Shown here: one piece after another, positions 1-9,767 of the stretch
How positions within the stretch are numbered: position 1 is the stretch's first letter
Layout of the letters: every line of letters starts with the position of its first letter
Origin: Escherichia phage MX01
DNA length: 64,000 nucleotides
Reading direction: 5' to 3' (one strand)
Sequence record: NC_031934.1
The notes under the pieces: model-generated
The model's input: only the letters and a program-made list of their open reading frames with translations
Told to the model about the DNA's origin: nothing
Database searches by the model: none
Position numbers and translations under genes: made by a program

Positions 1-1
1 T

Positions 2-619
2 GGTAAATCTGGCCAGACTCAGACCGTTGGTTCTAAAGCTGGTGTGTTTGACTTCCAGGACCCGATTGATATCCGTGGTGCTCGTTGGGCCGGTGAGAGC
101 TTTAAAGCCCTTCTGTTCCAGATTGATAAAGAAGCAGCCGAAATCGCTCGTCAGACCGGTCGTGGTGCTGGTAACTTCATCATCGCTTCCCGTAACGTAG
201 TTAACGTACTGGCTGCAGTTGATACTTCTGTAAGTTATGCAGCTCAAGGTCTGGGTCAAGGTTTCAACGTTGACACAACCAAAGCAGTATTTGCCGGTGT
301 TCTTGGTGGTAAATATCGCGTTTACATCGACCAGTATGCACGTTCCGATTACTTCACCATCGGTTATAAAGGCGCTAACGAAATGGACGCAGGTATCTAC
401 TACGCTCCGTACGTTGCACTGACCCCGCTGCGTGGTTCCGATCCGAAGAACTTCCAACCGGTAATGGGCTTCAAAACTCGTTACGGTATCGGTATCAACC
501 CGTTCGCTGACCCGTCTGCACAGGCTCCTACCAAACGTATTCAGAGCGGTATGCCTGACATCGTTAACAGCCTTGGTCTGAATGGTTACTTTAGACGCGT
601 CTACGTTAAAGGAATTTAA
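2..619 (+). CDS. 23: Major capsid protein gp23, C-terminal part; 5' end lies outside the window
   Basis: Frame open from window start; translation ending FKTRYGIGINPF...RRVYVKGI matches T4 gp23 C-terminus as recalled. Confidence 0.9.
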   Translation, partial: GKSGQTQTVGSKAGVFDFQDPIDIRGARWAGESFKALLFQIDKEAAEIARQTGRGAGNFIIASRNVVNVLAAVDTSVSYAAQGLGQGFNVDTTKAVFAGVLGGKYRVYIDQYARSDYFTIGYKGANEMDAGIYYAPYVALTPLRGSDPKNFQPVMGFKTRYGIGINPFADPSAQAPTKRIQSGMPDIVNSLGLNGYFRRVYVKGI

Positions 620-649
620 TGCTTTAACGTTAAAAATACATAACCTTAT

Positions 650-667
650 GGGAGACTTCGGTCTCCC
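650..667 (+). terminator. Stem-loop with UUCG tetraloop downstream of gene 23
   Basis: gggagac-ttcg-gtctccc perfect 7-bp stem followed by T-rich tract. Confidence 0.65.
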
Positions 668-682
668 ATTCTTGTTTCTGTA

Positions 683-949
683 CTATGCAATCTTAACTCG
701 GCGGTTGATGATATCACGGAAGTCAATACGATTTTCTTGGATTTTCAGCCAGTTACCGGATTTGTCTTTGGTATGGGTAGAATATTCGCCGTTCCACCAG
801 AAATCGGTTTCATAAGCCAGAGCTTCGTATTTCTTAACCAATGCATTAACTGCATTACCATTAGGATTGGTACCGAATTTTTCTACCAGAGCTTTGATGT
901 CTTTGTCAAGGTTAGAAAGCGTGGTACGGATAAAGTTTAATTTGTTCAT
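683..949 (-). CDS. Hypothetical small protein (88 aa) between genes 23 and 24
   Basis: ORF with GAGGAG Shine-Dalgarno 8 nt upstream of ATG at 949; longer upstream extension rejected; no recognisable motif. Confidence 0.5.
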   Translation of the reverse strand: MNKLNFIRTTLSNLDKDIKALVEKFGTNPNGNAVNALVKKYEALAYETDFWWNGEYSTHTKDKSGNWLKIQENRIDFRDIINRRVKIA

Positions 950-978
950 TTTTAATCTCCTCATGTTTTGATAGGTCT

Positions 979-1008
979 ATAGTAACACGACGCTTTTTGT
1001 GTGTAAAC
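979..1008 (-). promoter_or_regulatory. T4-type early (sigma70) promoter
   Basis: Minus-sense GTTTAC, 18-nt spacer, TACTAT, followed by the conserved leader AGACCTATCAA. Confidence 0.5.
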
Positions 1009-1014
1009 CACTTT

Positions 1015-1022
1015 TATAAATA
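1015..1022 (+). promoter_or_regulatory. Late promoter TATAAATA upstream of gene 24
   Basis: Exact TATAAATA about 30 nt upstream of the gene 24 ATG. Confidence 0.6.
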
Positions 1023-1051
1023 AAATTATATTCTCAATAAGGAAAATAGCA

Positions 1052-2332
1052 ATGGCTAAAATTAACGACCTTTTAAAAGAGTCGACCACTACTTCGAGTT
1101 CTTCGATTGGTCGTCCAAATTTAGTAGCTTTAACCAGAGCTACGACCAAACTGATTTATACCGACCTTGTAGCTCAGCAGCGTACTAACCAACCTTTGGC
1201 TGCTCTATATGGTATCAAATATCTTACAGAAAAAAACGAATTATCTTTCCAGACAGGTGCTACTTATTCTGGTGCAGTATCCGCTAAAGACCGTGCCACT
1301 ATCCCAGTTTTCACAGCAGGTGCTGTTTACGCTAAAGATGATTTGTTCCAATTTGAAAACGTAGTTTATAAAGCTTTGGTAGCAACACCATTTGCCGGTG
1401 CTACTGGTGATGAATACGAACAACTTCAAGAAGCTATTGTTAAATTAACCATTCGTATTATGTCTGACGCCGCACTGACTGAGCGTTTTGAAGGTCCTCA
1501 AGAAGTAGATATCTCTGAAGCCAGATTCATCGTTAATAAATGGAACGCTCCGGTTAAATCCCGTAAGTTGAAGAGTACTGTTACCGTAGAACTGGCTCAA
1601 GACCTCGAAGCAAATGGTTTCGATGCCCCTAATTTCTTGGAAGACCTCCTGGCTACTGAAATGGCTGATGAAATCAACAAAGATATTCTTCAGTCCCTGG
1701 TTACGGTTTCCAAGCGTTATAAAGTTGAAGGTTTGTGTGATGATGGCTTAATTGACCTGAGTTATGCTAACTCACCGGAAGCTTCTCGCAAGCTTTATGA
1801 AATAGTTTGTGAAATGGTTTCTCATATCCAGCGCGCAACCTCTTATACGGCAACTTATGTAGTAGCGAGTACTCGCGTAGCCGCTGTTCTGGCTGGTTCC
1901 GGATGGTTAAGACACACCCCACAGAACGACAAATATCTTTCTGCAAATGCATACGGATTCCTGGAAAATGGTTTGCCTGTGTATTGTGATACCAACACGC
2001 CAATTGATTATGTTACTGTAGGTGTTAAAGAGGAATTTGGTGGGAAAGAAGCGGTAGGTTCTTTGTTCTATGCGCCGTATACAGAAGGCCTTGATTTGGC
2101 TGACCCTGAACATGTGGGTACATTTAAAGTGGTCGTTGACCCTGAAAGCCTGCAACCATCTATTGCATTAATGGTTCGTTATGCACTGGCTGCTAACCCT
2201 TATACGGTTACTGCTGATGATAAACAAGCCCGTATTATTGATGCGACTAATATGGATTTGATGGCGGGACGTTCTGATATGTCTGTATTGCTTGGTGTGA
2301 AACTTCCTAAAGTTTTGACTGAATTAAACTAA
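1052..2332 (+). CDS. 24: Head vertex protein gp24
   Basis: 426 aa, position after gene 23, capsid-fold similarity to gp23 and T4 gp24 as recalled. Confidence 0.85.
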   Translation: MAKINDLLKESTTTSSSSIGRPNLVALTRATTKLIYTDLVAQQRTNQPLAALYGIKYLTEKNELSFQTGATYSGAVSAKDRATIPVFTAGAVYAKDDLFQFENVVYKALVATPFAGATGDEYEQLQEAIVKLTIRIMSDAALTERFEGPQEVDISEARFIVNKWNAPVKSRKLKSTVTVELAQDLEANGFDAPNFLEDLLATEMADEINKDILQSLVTVSKRYKVEGLCDDGLIDLSYANSPEASRKLYEIVCEMVSHIQRATSYTATYVVASTRVAAVLAGSGWLRHTPQNDKYLSANAYGFLENGLPVYCDTNTPIDYVTVGVKEEFGGKEAVGSLFYAPYTEGLDLADPEHVGTFKVVVDPESLQPSIALMVRYALAANPYTVTADDKQARIIDATNMDLMAGRSDMSVLLGVKLPKVLTELN

Positions 2333-2366
2333 CAAAAAGGGACCGTAAGGTCCCTTTGTCGTTTAT
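2333..2366. terminator. Bidirectional hairpin between convergent genes 24 and rnlB
   Basis: agggacc-gtaa-ggtccct stem flanked by an A-run and a T-run. Confidence 0.65.
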
Positions 2367-3370
2367 TTAGATACTAGTTCAATCCATACGTGTCTTAAGG
2401 TATCTTTTACGCACTCAACGAGCTGCTTTTTAACTTCAACTGGATTTTCCGCATCAGTTAATTCCAATTCTTCACGGGTGGCTTCTTCAAGGATATCCTG
2501 GACAGTCAAGCCCATTACCTTTCCAAAATCCTTCGGCGATACTTCACCAATCTTACTGATAACGTTGTTAATACGGTTAACAGTCACATAATCAGTGAAT
2601 TGCCACATCAAGTCCATATCGTCTTGGGACAAAACTACAGCAGCCTTAATAGGCTTATCAGACTTTTTCTTCTCGCTGAATTTAGAGTTCTTACATTTAA
2701 TCGCCACGCGATTTCCATTAGGAAGCCAGATAGGAGTATCAGGTTTAAGTACAAAGCCTTCAGCCGTGAATACTTTACCTTCTACCTTAGGAATAAAGTC
2801 TGTCGAGTTTGCAATAGTTAGGCCCGCGTTATCCACCGCAAAATTATAATCAGGAATAACTGAATCAAAGTCATTAGGTAATTTAATAAGGTCTTCAAAG
2901 CTGCCGGTGGCCAGACATGGAGCTACCTTAAACTTATGGATAATACAGAAGGCTTCCATCAATGTATCGGTTAGAACAGATTCTGAGCCATCTTCTTTAG
3001 TAACTCGGATATCGAACACATAAAAGTCTTTATCGCCGTAGTCCACATTCTTCTGGATACCTGTCCCAGCGAATTCGCCATAAATCTGGTATGACTGGTA
3101 ATTAATCGATTCAATTAGATGTTGAACAGATTTAATAGAATCAGCATAGTTCTTAAGTACAATTTCATAGCCATAGAAATCTTCAGCAGGGAGGATAGGG
3201 CCAGTGCGCTTGGCGCATGTGACTGCGTCACGTTCTATGATTAAACTAAAGTTGGTTCCATGAATCTTCTCACGTGCCACCCATTCACCACCGGTCAAAC
3301 CATTAGTACGGAGTTTTTCGATAAACTTACTGTTGTAGTGGTTTTCGAGACTGCTATATTTCTTGAACAT
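2363..3370 (-). CDS. rnlB: RNA ligase 2
   Basis: 335 aa; N-terminus [20 protein letters not shown] and nucleotidyltransferase motif KIHGTNFS match T4 Rnl2 as recalled. Confidence 0.9.
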   Translation of the reverse strand: MFKKYSSLENHYNSKFIEKLRTNGLTGGEWVAREKIHGTNFSLIIERDAVTCAKRTGPILPAEDFYGYEIVLKNYADSIKSVQHLIESINYQSYQIYGEFAGTGIQKNVDYGDKDFYVFDIRVTKEDGSESVLTDTLMEAFCIIHKFKVAPCLATGSFEDLIKLPNDFDSVIPDYNFAVDNAGLTIANSTDFIPKVEGKVFTAEGFVLKPDTPIWLPNGNRVAIKCKNSKFSEKKKSDKPIKAAVVLSQDDMDLMWQFTDYVTVNRINNVISKIGEVSPKDFGKVMGLTVQDILEEATREELELTDAENPVEVKKQLVECVKDTLRHVWIELVSK

Positions 3371-3484
3371 AAATCACCATAATAAATATAATTAAATAGA
3401 AGAGCTAGTAGTCTTCTGTCACCAAGCCAAATGGTTTAACGGAAGGACCTAGACCCATTATAACACACCTAAATTTAAAGCATA

Positions 3485-3694
3485 TTACTTTGAACTAGAA
3501 CGCGCTTTGCGCCGAACCTTGTTGTTCAATCTTTTACGATAAACAACCTTTTCTTTCGCTTTAAATTTGGCCTTGGCTTGTTCTACATCAACCCATGCTT
3601 TGGCCATATCCTTAGCGGTCCCACCCATTTTTTTAGCAATTTCTATAAAATTCAACCCAGATTCGTGTAAAAAATGTACTTTAACCTTATCCAT
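3485..3694 (-). CDS. Hypothetical basic protein (69 aa)
   Basis: ORF in 24.x position; lysine/arginine-rich C-terminus. Confidence 0.45.
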   Translation of the reverse strand: MDKVKVHFLHESGLNFIEIAKKMGGTAKDMAKAWVDVEQAKAKFKAKEKVVYRKRLNNKVRRKARSSSK

Positions 3695-3724
3695 AACAAT
3701 TCTCTCGTTGAGTTGGTAAAACCC

Positions 3725-3754
3725 ATCTTAACATAGAATTTTTAACTTGTAAAC
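3725..3754 (-). promoter_or_regulatory. Candidate early promoter
   Basis: Minus-sense GTTTAC, 18-nt spacer, TAAGAT upstream of the 69-aa ORF. Confidence 0.35.
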
Positions 3755-3778
3755 AGGAATTTTGTACTTTAATGCAAA

Positions 3779-3796
3779 ATGGGCCGAAAGGCCCAT
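3779..3796 (-). terminator. Hairpin downstream of hoc
   Basis: atgggcc-gaaa-ggcccat perfect 7-bp stem with tetraloop. Confidence 0.6.
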
Positions 3797-3798
3797 AA

Positions 3799-4647
3799 TT
3801 AGTAAACGTAATCGTATATAACACCAGCTTCTAAAGCGGTGCGATGAATAATTCGACCATTACGAGATTCTTGTACATCAACCTCTGAATAGTCGGTAAT
3901 CATTTTTTGAAGTGTATATCGGTGCAAATAATACGGGCTATCCGGGTCATCTGTTTTCCAGTCTTTGCCTTCAAGAGTCATTTTCTGGATTTCATCCATA
4001 ACCCACCAACCAACCCAAATATATGCTGAATTACGAACAGGGAGTGGATGAACGTAAGGTAATTCGCCATCCGGAACCGGTGCGACTTTAGCCGTGACTG
4101 TTACATTACCGGTTTTTGTGACAGTCGCCGGGTTATAATCAGTCGCCGAAACCACAACAGAAACTTCAATAACCTGTGAACCTTCAGTGCTTGTATCGAT
4201 TGCTAGAGTATCCGTGGTGCCAACTACAGGAGAACCGTCTTTCTTCCAAGAATAGGCAAAAGTAGCACCAGCAGGCGCGCCGACCACATCCGCTTTAAAA
4301 GAAGCTGGAGTACCTTCCGGAACATTAATTGATTCTGGGGTTAATGTCACAGAAACACCAGACATAGTTTTATTCTGGATAGTTAAAGTCGTCTCAGCTT
4401 CAGCAGTTTCCGGTTCGCCGTCCGCTGGTGTAGTTGTTGCAACAACTTTAATAGTCTTGCTGCCTGCTGGACCAACAGCAACATAATCCATTGCAGCAGT
4501 CACAGAAGATTGAGGAACACCATCAACGGTCCAGACAAATGATTCGGTACCTTCAGCTGCAGCACCGGAACCGGTCGCAGTGAAATTGGTTGTTGCTCCA
4601 ATAACGGCCGTAGCCGCCAAAGGAGCAATATCTACGGTATAAGCCAT
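3799..4647 (-). CDS. hoc: Hoc outer capsid protein with Ig-like domains, shorter than T4 Hoc
   Basis: 282 aa; N-terminal Ig-like repeats and C-terminal LPYVHPLP...WVMDEIQKMT...DWKTDDPDS match T4 Hoc as recalled. Confidence 0.85.
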   Translation of the reverse strand: MAYTVDIAPLAATAVIGATTNFTATGSGAAAEGTESFVWTVDGVPQSSVTAAMDYVAVGPAGSKTIKVVATTTPADGEPETAEAETTLTIQNKTMSGVSVTLTPESINVPEGTPASFKADVVGAPAGATFAYSWKKDGSPVVGTTDTLAIDTSTEGSQVIEVSVVVSATDYNPATVTKTGNVTVTAKVAPVPDGELPYVHPLPVRNSAYIWVGWWVMDEIQKMTLEGKDWKTDDPDSPYYLHRYTLQKMITDYSEVDVQESRNGRIIHRTALEAGVIYDYVY

Positions 4648-4656
4648 AATAAACCC

Positions 4657-5328
4657 TTATTTTAAAGTGACAAAAGATGAGTTACGAGTTTCTCGTACTA
4701 ATACTGAACCATTACGATTAATGTAATAAATCAGACTAAATAATGTTTGGTGGGCAGAAGGATGTTGGAAAGCAGTTGGACGTTCTTTCCAATCTGGAGT
4801 CTCAGAAATCCATTGGTAAATCCACCAAGGAACGGTGCAATAACCTGGGTTCTTACCGATAAGCAAAAGATTAGGACTGAAGTTTTCAGGTAAAGAGAAT
4901 ACAGGTTTTTCCGATTCAATAACCTTGGCTACGGCCTCTTTGAATTTCTCTTCGACAAATGGGACATCCTCTTCAATAATCTCTACCTTAGGAAGTTCGG
5001 CCACCTCAATGACTTCGACTACAGCCTCAGGAGCATCGAACAGCAGGGTTGCTTCTTCTTTAGCAGGTTCAGCACCATCAATAAATTCATTAGAACCTGT
5101 AAGTTCGTCAGCGGCATCAATCAAATCAGAAATAGACAACCCTTCGGTTTCTGGAAGTGGTTCGTCAGCCAAGGCTTTAAGACCTTCAGTGATATCGATA
5201 ATCAAATTATCAAACGAACGGGTTTTCTTAAGTTTTAAACCGAACTGTTCGCCGTATTCGATTAACTTAGCTTTAGCTTCTTTTTTATCTTCGAGTGCAC
5301 GAAGCTCTTCAATATATTGAGTATCCAT
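4657..5328 (-). CDS. inh: Inh-position protein (putative inhibitor of prohead protease)
   Basis: 223 aa ORF between hoc and uvsW, same position and size as T4 inh; assignment is positional. Confidence 0.55.
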   Translation of the reverse strand: MDTQYIEELRALEDKKEAKAKLIEYGEQFGLKLKKTRSFDNLIIDITEGLKALADEPLPETEGLSISDLIDAADELTGSNEFIDGAEPAKEEATLLFDAPEAVVEVIEVAELPKVEIIEEDVPFVEEKFKEAVAKVIESEKPVFSLPENFSPNLLLIGKNPGYCTVPWWIYQWISETPDWKERPTAFQHPSAHQTLFSLIYYINRNGSVLVRETRNSSFVTLK

Positions 5329-5347
5329 AATTAGTCTCTTGTTGGTG

Positions 5348-5355
5348 TATAAATA
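5348..5355 (+). promoter_or_regulatory. Late promoter TATAAATA upstream of uvsW
   Basis: Exact TATAAATA 29 nt upstream of the uvsW ATG. Confidence 0.55.
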
Positions 5356-5361
5356 TAACTA

Positions 5362-5369
5362 TATTTATA
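5362..5369 (-). promoter_or_regulatory. Late promoter TATAAATA upstream of inh
   Basis: Exact minus-sense TATAAATA in the divergent inh-uvsW intergenic region. Confidence 0.5.
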
Positions 5370-5383
5370 ACTGAGAATTACTT

Positions 5384-6880
5384 ATGCAAATTCAAGTACA
5401 TTTCGATAATTTTAGTCATGTTCGTATTGAGTGTGATGAATCCACATTCTACGAACTCAGAGACTATTTTAGCTTTGAAGCTGATGGATATAAATTCAAC
5501 CCTAAATTTCGTTATGGTCAATGGGACGGACGTATTCGCCTTCTGGATTATAATCGTAAACTTCCTTATGGATTGGTTCCGCAGATTAAAAAATTCGCTG
5601 AACAATTTGAATACTCTCTGTGGATTGACCCACGTATTCTTGAACAGGAAGATATTTCTCGTGAAGATTTTGACTCATGGGTGGCATCTCAAGAAATTTA
5701 TTCAGGGTCTACCAAGATTGAGCCCCATTGGTATCAGAATGAAGCCGTATACAACGGCCTGACAAAACGTCGTGCAATTCTGAATTTACCTACATCCGCA
5801 GGTAAATCATTGATTCAGGCGCTCTTGAGTCGATATTACGTTGAGAACTATGAAGGTAAAATCCTTATTCTGGTTCCTACTACTGCACTCGTTGACCAGA
5901 TGATTAATGACTTCATCGATTATCGTCTGTTCCCTAAAGCAGCAATGCTGGGTATTCGTTCAGGTACTGCTCGTGATTCTGATGCAATGATTTACGTTTC
6001 GACTTATCAAACTGCTATTAAGCAACCTAAAGAATGGTTTGCTCAGTTTGGTATGTTTATGAACGACGAATGCCATTTGGCCACAGGTAAATCAATTTCT
6101 ACTATCATCGAAGGCCTAACCAACTGTATGTTTAAATTCGGTTTGTCTGGTTCTTTAAAAGATGGTAAAGCTAATTTAATGCAATATATGGGTTTGTTTG
6201 GTGATGTGTTTAAGCCAGTATCCACCTCCCAGTTAATGGAAGAAGGACAGGTTACAGACCTTAAAATCAACAGTATTTTCCTTCGATACCCAGACGAATT
6301 CACTGTTAAGATGAAAGGTAAAGATTACCAATCAGAAATTAAAGTCATTACTAAGGCTACTCGTCGTAATAAATGGGTTGCTAATTTAGCTGTTAAACTC
6401 GCTAAGAAAGAAGAGAACGTATTCCTGATGTTTAAAAACATCGAACACGGTAAAACTCTTTTTGAAATGGTTAAAGAGCAACATAAAGAAGTTTATTACG
6501 TATCAGGTGAAGTTAATACCGAAACGCGTAATGCTCTGAAAGTAATGGCGGAAAATGGTAAGGGTATTATTGTTGTGGCAAGTTATGGTGTGTTCTCTAC
6601 TGGTATTTCCGTTAAGAACCTTCACCACGTTGTATTTGCCCATCCAGTAAAATCTAAAATCATTGTACTCCAGACAATTGGTCGTGTACTCCGTAAACAT
6701 GCCTCTAAATCAACAGCACAGGTGTGGGATATCATTGACGACATGGGTGTTAAGCCTAAATCAGCTACGGCTAAAAAGAAATATGTTCATTTGAACTACG
6801 CCCTCAAACACGCTTTAGAACGTATTCAACGTTATGCTGATGAGAAATTTAATTACGTAATGAAACAGGTGGATTTATGA
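5384..6880 (+). CDS. uvsW: UvsW DNA/RNA helicase
   Basis: 498 aa; Walker A LPTSAGKS, DECH box and conserved N-terminus match T4 UvsW as recalled. Confidence 0.9.
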   Translation: MQIQVHFDNFSHVRIECDESTFYELRDYFSFEADGYKFNPKFRYGQWDGRIRLLDYNRKLPYGLVPQIKKFAEQFEYSLWIDPRILEQEDISREDFDSWVASQEIYSGSTKIEPHWYQNEAVYNGLTKRRAILNLPTSAGKSLIQALLSRYYVENYEGKILILVPTTALVDQMINDFIDYRLFPKAAMLGIRSGTARDSDAMIYVSTYQTAIKQPKEWFAQFGMFMNDECHLATGKSISTIIEGLTNCMFKFGLSGSLKDGKANLMQYMGLFGDVFKPVSTSQLMEEGQVTDLKINSIFLRYPDEFTVKMKGKDYQSEIKVITKATRRNKWVANLAVKLAKKEENVFLMFKNIEHGKTLFEMVKEQHKEVYYVSGEVNTETRNALKVMAENGKGIIVVASYGVFSTGISVKNLHHVVFAHPVKSKIIVLQTIGRVLRKHASKSTAQVWDIIDDMGVKPKSATAKKKYVHLNYALKHALERIQRYADEKFNYVMKQVDL

Positions 6881-7104
6881 AAACCTTTAAAGAAGTTATT
6901 CAGGAAGCATCTATTGAAAGCTTCATGTCTAAAATTAGTTCTTGTCAGACCATGGACGGTCTGGAGGAATTGGAGAAGTATTACAAAACTCGTAGTAAGG
7001 AAGCCGAACTTCGTGATTCGGATGATATCAGCGTACGCGATGCATTGGCTGGTAAGAGAGCTGAATTGGAGTCGATGGACGACGAGGAAGAGGAAGATTT
7101 CTAA
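6877..7104 (+). CDS. uvsW.1: UvsW.1 small acidic protein
   Basis: 75 aa ORF overlapping the uvsW stop (ATGA); acidic C-terminus. Confidence 0.7.
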   Translation: MKTFKEVIQEASIESFMSKISSCQTMDGLEELEKYYKTRSKEAELRDSDDISVRDALAGKRAELESMDDEEEEDF

Positions 7105-7112
7105 ACAAAAAA

Positions 7113-7134
7113 GGCCCAACCTTTCGGAAGGGCC
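7113..7134 (+). terminator. Imperfect hairpin after uvsW.1
   Basis: ggccc...cc-tttc-gg...gggcc nested stem preceded by an A-run. Confidence 0.4.
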
Positions 7135-7163
7135 AATAACCATAAATGGCTATACACACTAGA

Positions 7164-7331
7164 CTAAAGTAGTAATTGGGTTTCGTTCAGCTGTTCTTCA
7201 GTGTTTTCCGTAACCGGCAAGCTTTGAACGTAATTATAGCATGAGCCCGGATGAACCGGACCTTTTTCTGTTTCAACAACCAATGCAGCATCGATTGGAG
7301 TTTTACAGACAACGCAAATCTTATCTGACAT
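7164..7331 (-). CDS. Small Cys-containing protein (55 aa), uvsY.-2-like
   Basis: Hand-translated ORF MSDKICVVCKTPIDAALVVETEKGPVHPGSC... not in the ORF track (under 60 aa); position downstream of uvsY. Confidence 0.45.
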   Translation of the reverse strand: MSDKICVVCKTPIDAALVVETEKGPVHPGSCYNYVQSLPVTENTEEQLNETQLLL

Positions 7332-7457
7332 GATTGTCTCCTTAGTTTAACTTACATACCTATTTATTACTTGCTAAAGCAGCATTAATGAATTCTTGGA
7401 GAAGTTTCATCTTATCGGCATCTACTTTAATGGGTTTGGTATTTTTAGTACGTCTCA

Positions 7458-7892
7458 TTATTTACCCGCCTCAAATTGTCTCATCTCATGCATGGTCTTA
7501 AGGTTAAAACCACGCGCCTTAATAGCATCAAGTGCTGAACTACAAAAGTCTTGTAATAAAGCCCAATACTGAATTGATGTGTCGATTTTAATTACACTAG
7601 AATCCGCAGCCATAACGGTCTTTAATTCAGATTTCTCATATTGGTCCATACAAACCTCATCACCAGGCTCTCCACGTCCCGTGTAGAAATCTAATCGCTT
7701 CTTAAGTGAGGTCTTTTTCTGGATTTCTAATCTCATTATTTCTTTCTTACAATTCGTATACAGCCTTAGCCATTTGCTGTGCAGCAAAACGTTGTTCTGT
7801 ACTTCGTACTGTAAACGAGTCCCATCAATCTTTAAATCCTCGTCTAATGCGTCCTGGAATGATTCTAACTTATATTCAATCTCTTTACTCAT
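7458..7892 (-). CDS. uvsY: UvsY recombination mediator
   Basis: Start set at MSKEIEYKL; LQYEVQNNVLLHSKWL and C-terminal RGFNLKTMHEMRQFEAGK match T4 UvsY as recalled. Confidence 0.85.
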   Translation of the reverse strand: MSKEIEYKLESFQDALDEDLKIDGTRLQYEVQNNVLLHSKWLRLYTNCKKEIMRLEIQKKTSLKKRLDFYTGRGEPGDEVCMDQYEKSELKTVMAADSSVIKIDTSIQYWALLQDFCSSALDAIKARGFNLKTMHEMRQFEAGK

Positions 7893-7923
7893 CGCATGTT
7901 TCCTGTGTAATAACCATAGGACC

Positions 7924-7950
7924 ATTATACACTATTCATTTGAACAGCAA
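7924..7950 (-). promoter_or_regulatory. Candidate MotA-dependent middle promoter for uvsY
   Basis: Minus-sense TTGCTGTTCA (MotA-box-like, one mismatch) 13 nt upstream of TATAAT. Confidence 0.35.
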
Positions 7951-8340
7951 TTAACCACTCTGTGAGAGCTGGATTCTAATTTGCTCTAATGTATCTGGGT
8001 CATCAACAATACTAAACTGAACGGTCACGATAATCGAGTTATCATCGTACACAGGTGTCACACCTACAGCCAAGGCAGAAATTCTGGGTTCGAAGTTCCG
8101 CACAGCGGAAACTATATTACGCTTAATGGTGTCTGTGATTAATGGAGTAATATTCTCAAACAATTGGTTGCTGATGTCACAACCGAATTCAGGCATAAAA
8201 GGGCGTGAACCTTTGCGAGTAGTAATAATGCCTAACAAACTATTTTTTACTGCACGAGCACCTGTAGCTTTAGCAACGTCTCTATCCCAAGACGTTCTCA
8301 TCTCAGGGTCTAAATCCGAATACATTTTATTGATATTCAT
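7951..8340 (-). CDS. 25: Baseplate wedge protein gp25
   Basis: 129 aa; SLLGIITTRKGSRPF and EPRISALAV match T4 gp25 as recalled. Confidence 0.9.
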   Translation of the reverse strand: MNINKMYSDLDPEMRTSWDRDVAKATGARAVKNSLLGIITTRKGSRPFMPEFGCDISNQLFENITPLITDTIKRNIVSAVRNFEPRISALAVGVTPVYDDNSIIVTVQFSIVDDPDTLEQIRIQLSQSG

Positions 8341-8963
8341 TACATCACCTTAAAGAACTCTTTAAGTCCCTCAATAACATGGACGGTATGTTCACCACAT
8401 TCGCAGGAAATAGGTATGGCCAAAATAGGCTTAGGGGCGACTAGAGCATCATAAACTTCTTTTATGTCTTTTTCTGTTATCACAGAATAAAGGTCATCAA
8501 GTTCCGCATCGCTTAAATCGGAAAGAAAAAGCTTTTCGCCTGCAGAAGTTAAAATATAATCGATACACCCTGCGACCATCATAGCCCTATTTTTATCTTC
8601 AAAGAGTTTAGGATATCTGAAAACAATTTTAAAGTTGCCAAAGTCTTTAATAACATCAGGCTCTTTACCTAATGTTGCGCGAGTTAGTGTCATAGGGACA
8701 ACCTGTGAGCGACCGCAACTACAAACCCACTCACGTTCTATATTCACTTCAGCTAATGAATGGGCCCACAGGTTTATCACCAGGAGCTCAGATTCTTGCT
8801 TGTTTAAATCACGAGCATCTGTGCAATTGGAAATGAGTTCATTGATAAAGGACTCTATTCTGCCTTCTAATTTAGCTTGGAGCAAGTCCTTATACTCTCT
8901 GAGGGTAAATGCTCTGCATTTTATGGTTTTGTTTTTAATTTTTACGTCAAAAGTATAATTCAT
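8340..8963 (-). CDS. 26: Baseplate hub protein gp26
   Basis: 207 aa ORF directly upstream of gene 25 with 1-nt overlap; positional and size match to T4 gp26. Confidence 0.8.
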   Translation of the reverse strand: MNYTFDVKIKNKTIKCRAFTLREYKDLLQAKLEGRIESFINELISNCTDARDLNKQESELLVINLWAHSLAEVNIEREWVCSCGRSQVVPMTLTRATLGKEPDVIKDFGNFKIVFRYPKLFEDKNRAMMVAGCIDYILTSAGEKLFLSDLSDAELDDLYSVITEKDIKEVYDALVAPKPILAIPISCECGEHTVHVIEGLKEFFKVM

Positions 8964-8981
8964 TGTCTTCTCCTTTAAGCT

Positions 8982-8989
8982 TATTTATA
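8982..8989 (-). promoter_or_regulatory. Late promoter TATAAATA for gene 26
   Basis: Minus-sense TATAAATA within the palindrome TTATTTATAAATA. Confidence 0.55.
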
Positions 8990-8993
8990 AATA
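8986..8993 (+). promoter_or_regulatory. Late promoter TATAAATA for gene 51
   Basis: Plus-sense TATAAATA overlapping the minus-sense copy; 22 nt upstream of the gene 51 ATG. Confidence 0.55.
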
Positions 8994-9014
8994 CATCAAT
9001 AAGAGGATACCCTT

Positions 9015-9767
9015 ATGGCTAATATAGTACGTTGTGAAATGCCTGACGGAGTCCACCGATTTAAACCTTTTACAGTAGCTGATTATCGTGATTTTATTTT
9101 GATTCGAAATGACATGAATAATAAATCGCCTGAAGAGCAAAAACAAATTTTAGATGAGTTACTGGAAGAATACTTCGGTGAATATCCTATGTCATGGCGC
9201 CCGTATATGTTCATTGAACTTTACACGTCATCACTCGGCAAGACCAAAATTCCTATCCGATACACTTGCAGTAAGTGTGAAAAGGATAGACAAGTTTTAT
9301 TCAATTTGAAACAGACCAAGTTAGATAATCCCACAATTGAAGTGGCAGGCTTGAAGCTAACATTCAAATTTCCGGAAATAGAATATCAAGACAAATCTGA
9401 ATTGATTTTGAACACCCTCCAAACCGTAGAAGATGAAAACGGAAAATATAATTGGACTGACCTTTCTGAAGAAGACCAATTAGCGGTAATAGATGCTATA
9501 GACTTATCCACTTTAGAGGATATAGTCAAACAAACCAGCCCTATTAATTTCGAACTCAAATATGGATGCTGCAATCGTAGAACAATTGCGTATACCGATA
9601 TTTTAGAGGTGTTTAAGCTTATAGTCAATCCAGATGAGATATTTTTATTTTACCAAATAAACCATTTATTGGTAAAGAACAATTATTCATTAGAAAGCAT
9701 TATGCAGATGATTCCAATCGAACGCGGTATTGCTTTGTCTTTGGTTGAAAAGGACCTTAAGAAATGA
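9015..9767 (+). CDS. 51: Baseplate hub assembly protein gp51
   Basis: 250 aa ORF at T4 gene 51 position and size; ATGA overlap with gene 27. Confidence 0.8.
   Translation: MANIVRCEMPDGVHRFKPFTVADYRDFILIRNDMNNKSPEEQKQILDELLEEYFGEYPMSWRPYMFIELYTSSLGKTKIPIRYTCSKCEKDRQVLFNLKQTKLDNPTIEVAGLKLTFKFPEIEYQDKSELILNTLQTVEDENGKYNWTDLSEEDQLAVIDAIDLSTLEDIVKQTSPINFELKYGCCNRRTIAYTDILEVFKLIVNPDEIFLFYQINHLLVKNNYSLESIMQMIPIERGIALSLVEKDLKK

Noticed and set aside
7893-7925. N-terminal extension of uvsY (MVLWLLHRKHA...); similar upstream extensions for ligase (23587-23625), frd (40097-40330) and nrdB (36221-36250)
   Set aside because: The T4 homologues start at the internal ATG, which has a better Shine-Dalgarno or avoids overlap with the upstream gene or promoter; the extensions are ORF-finder artefacts.
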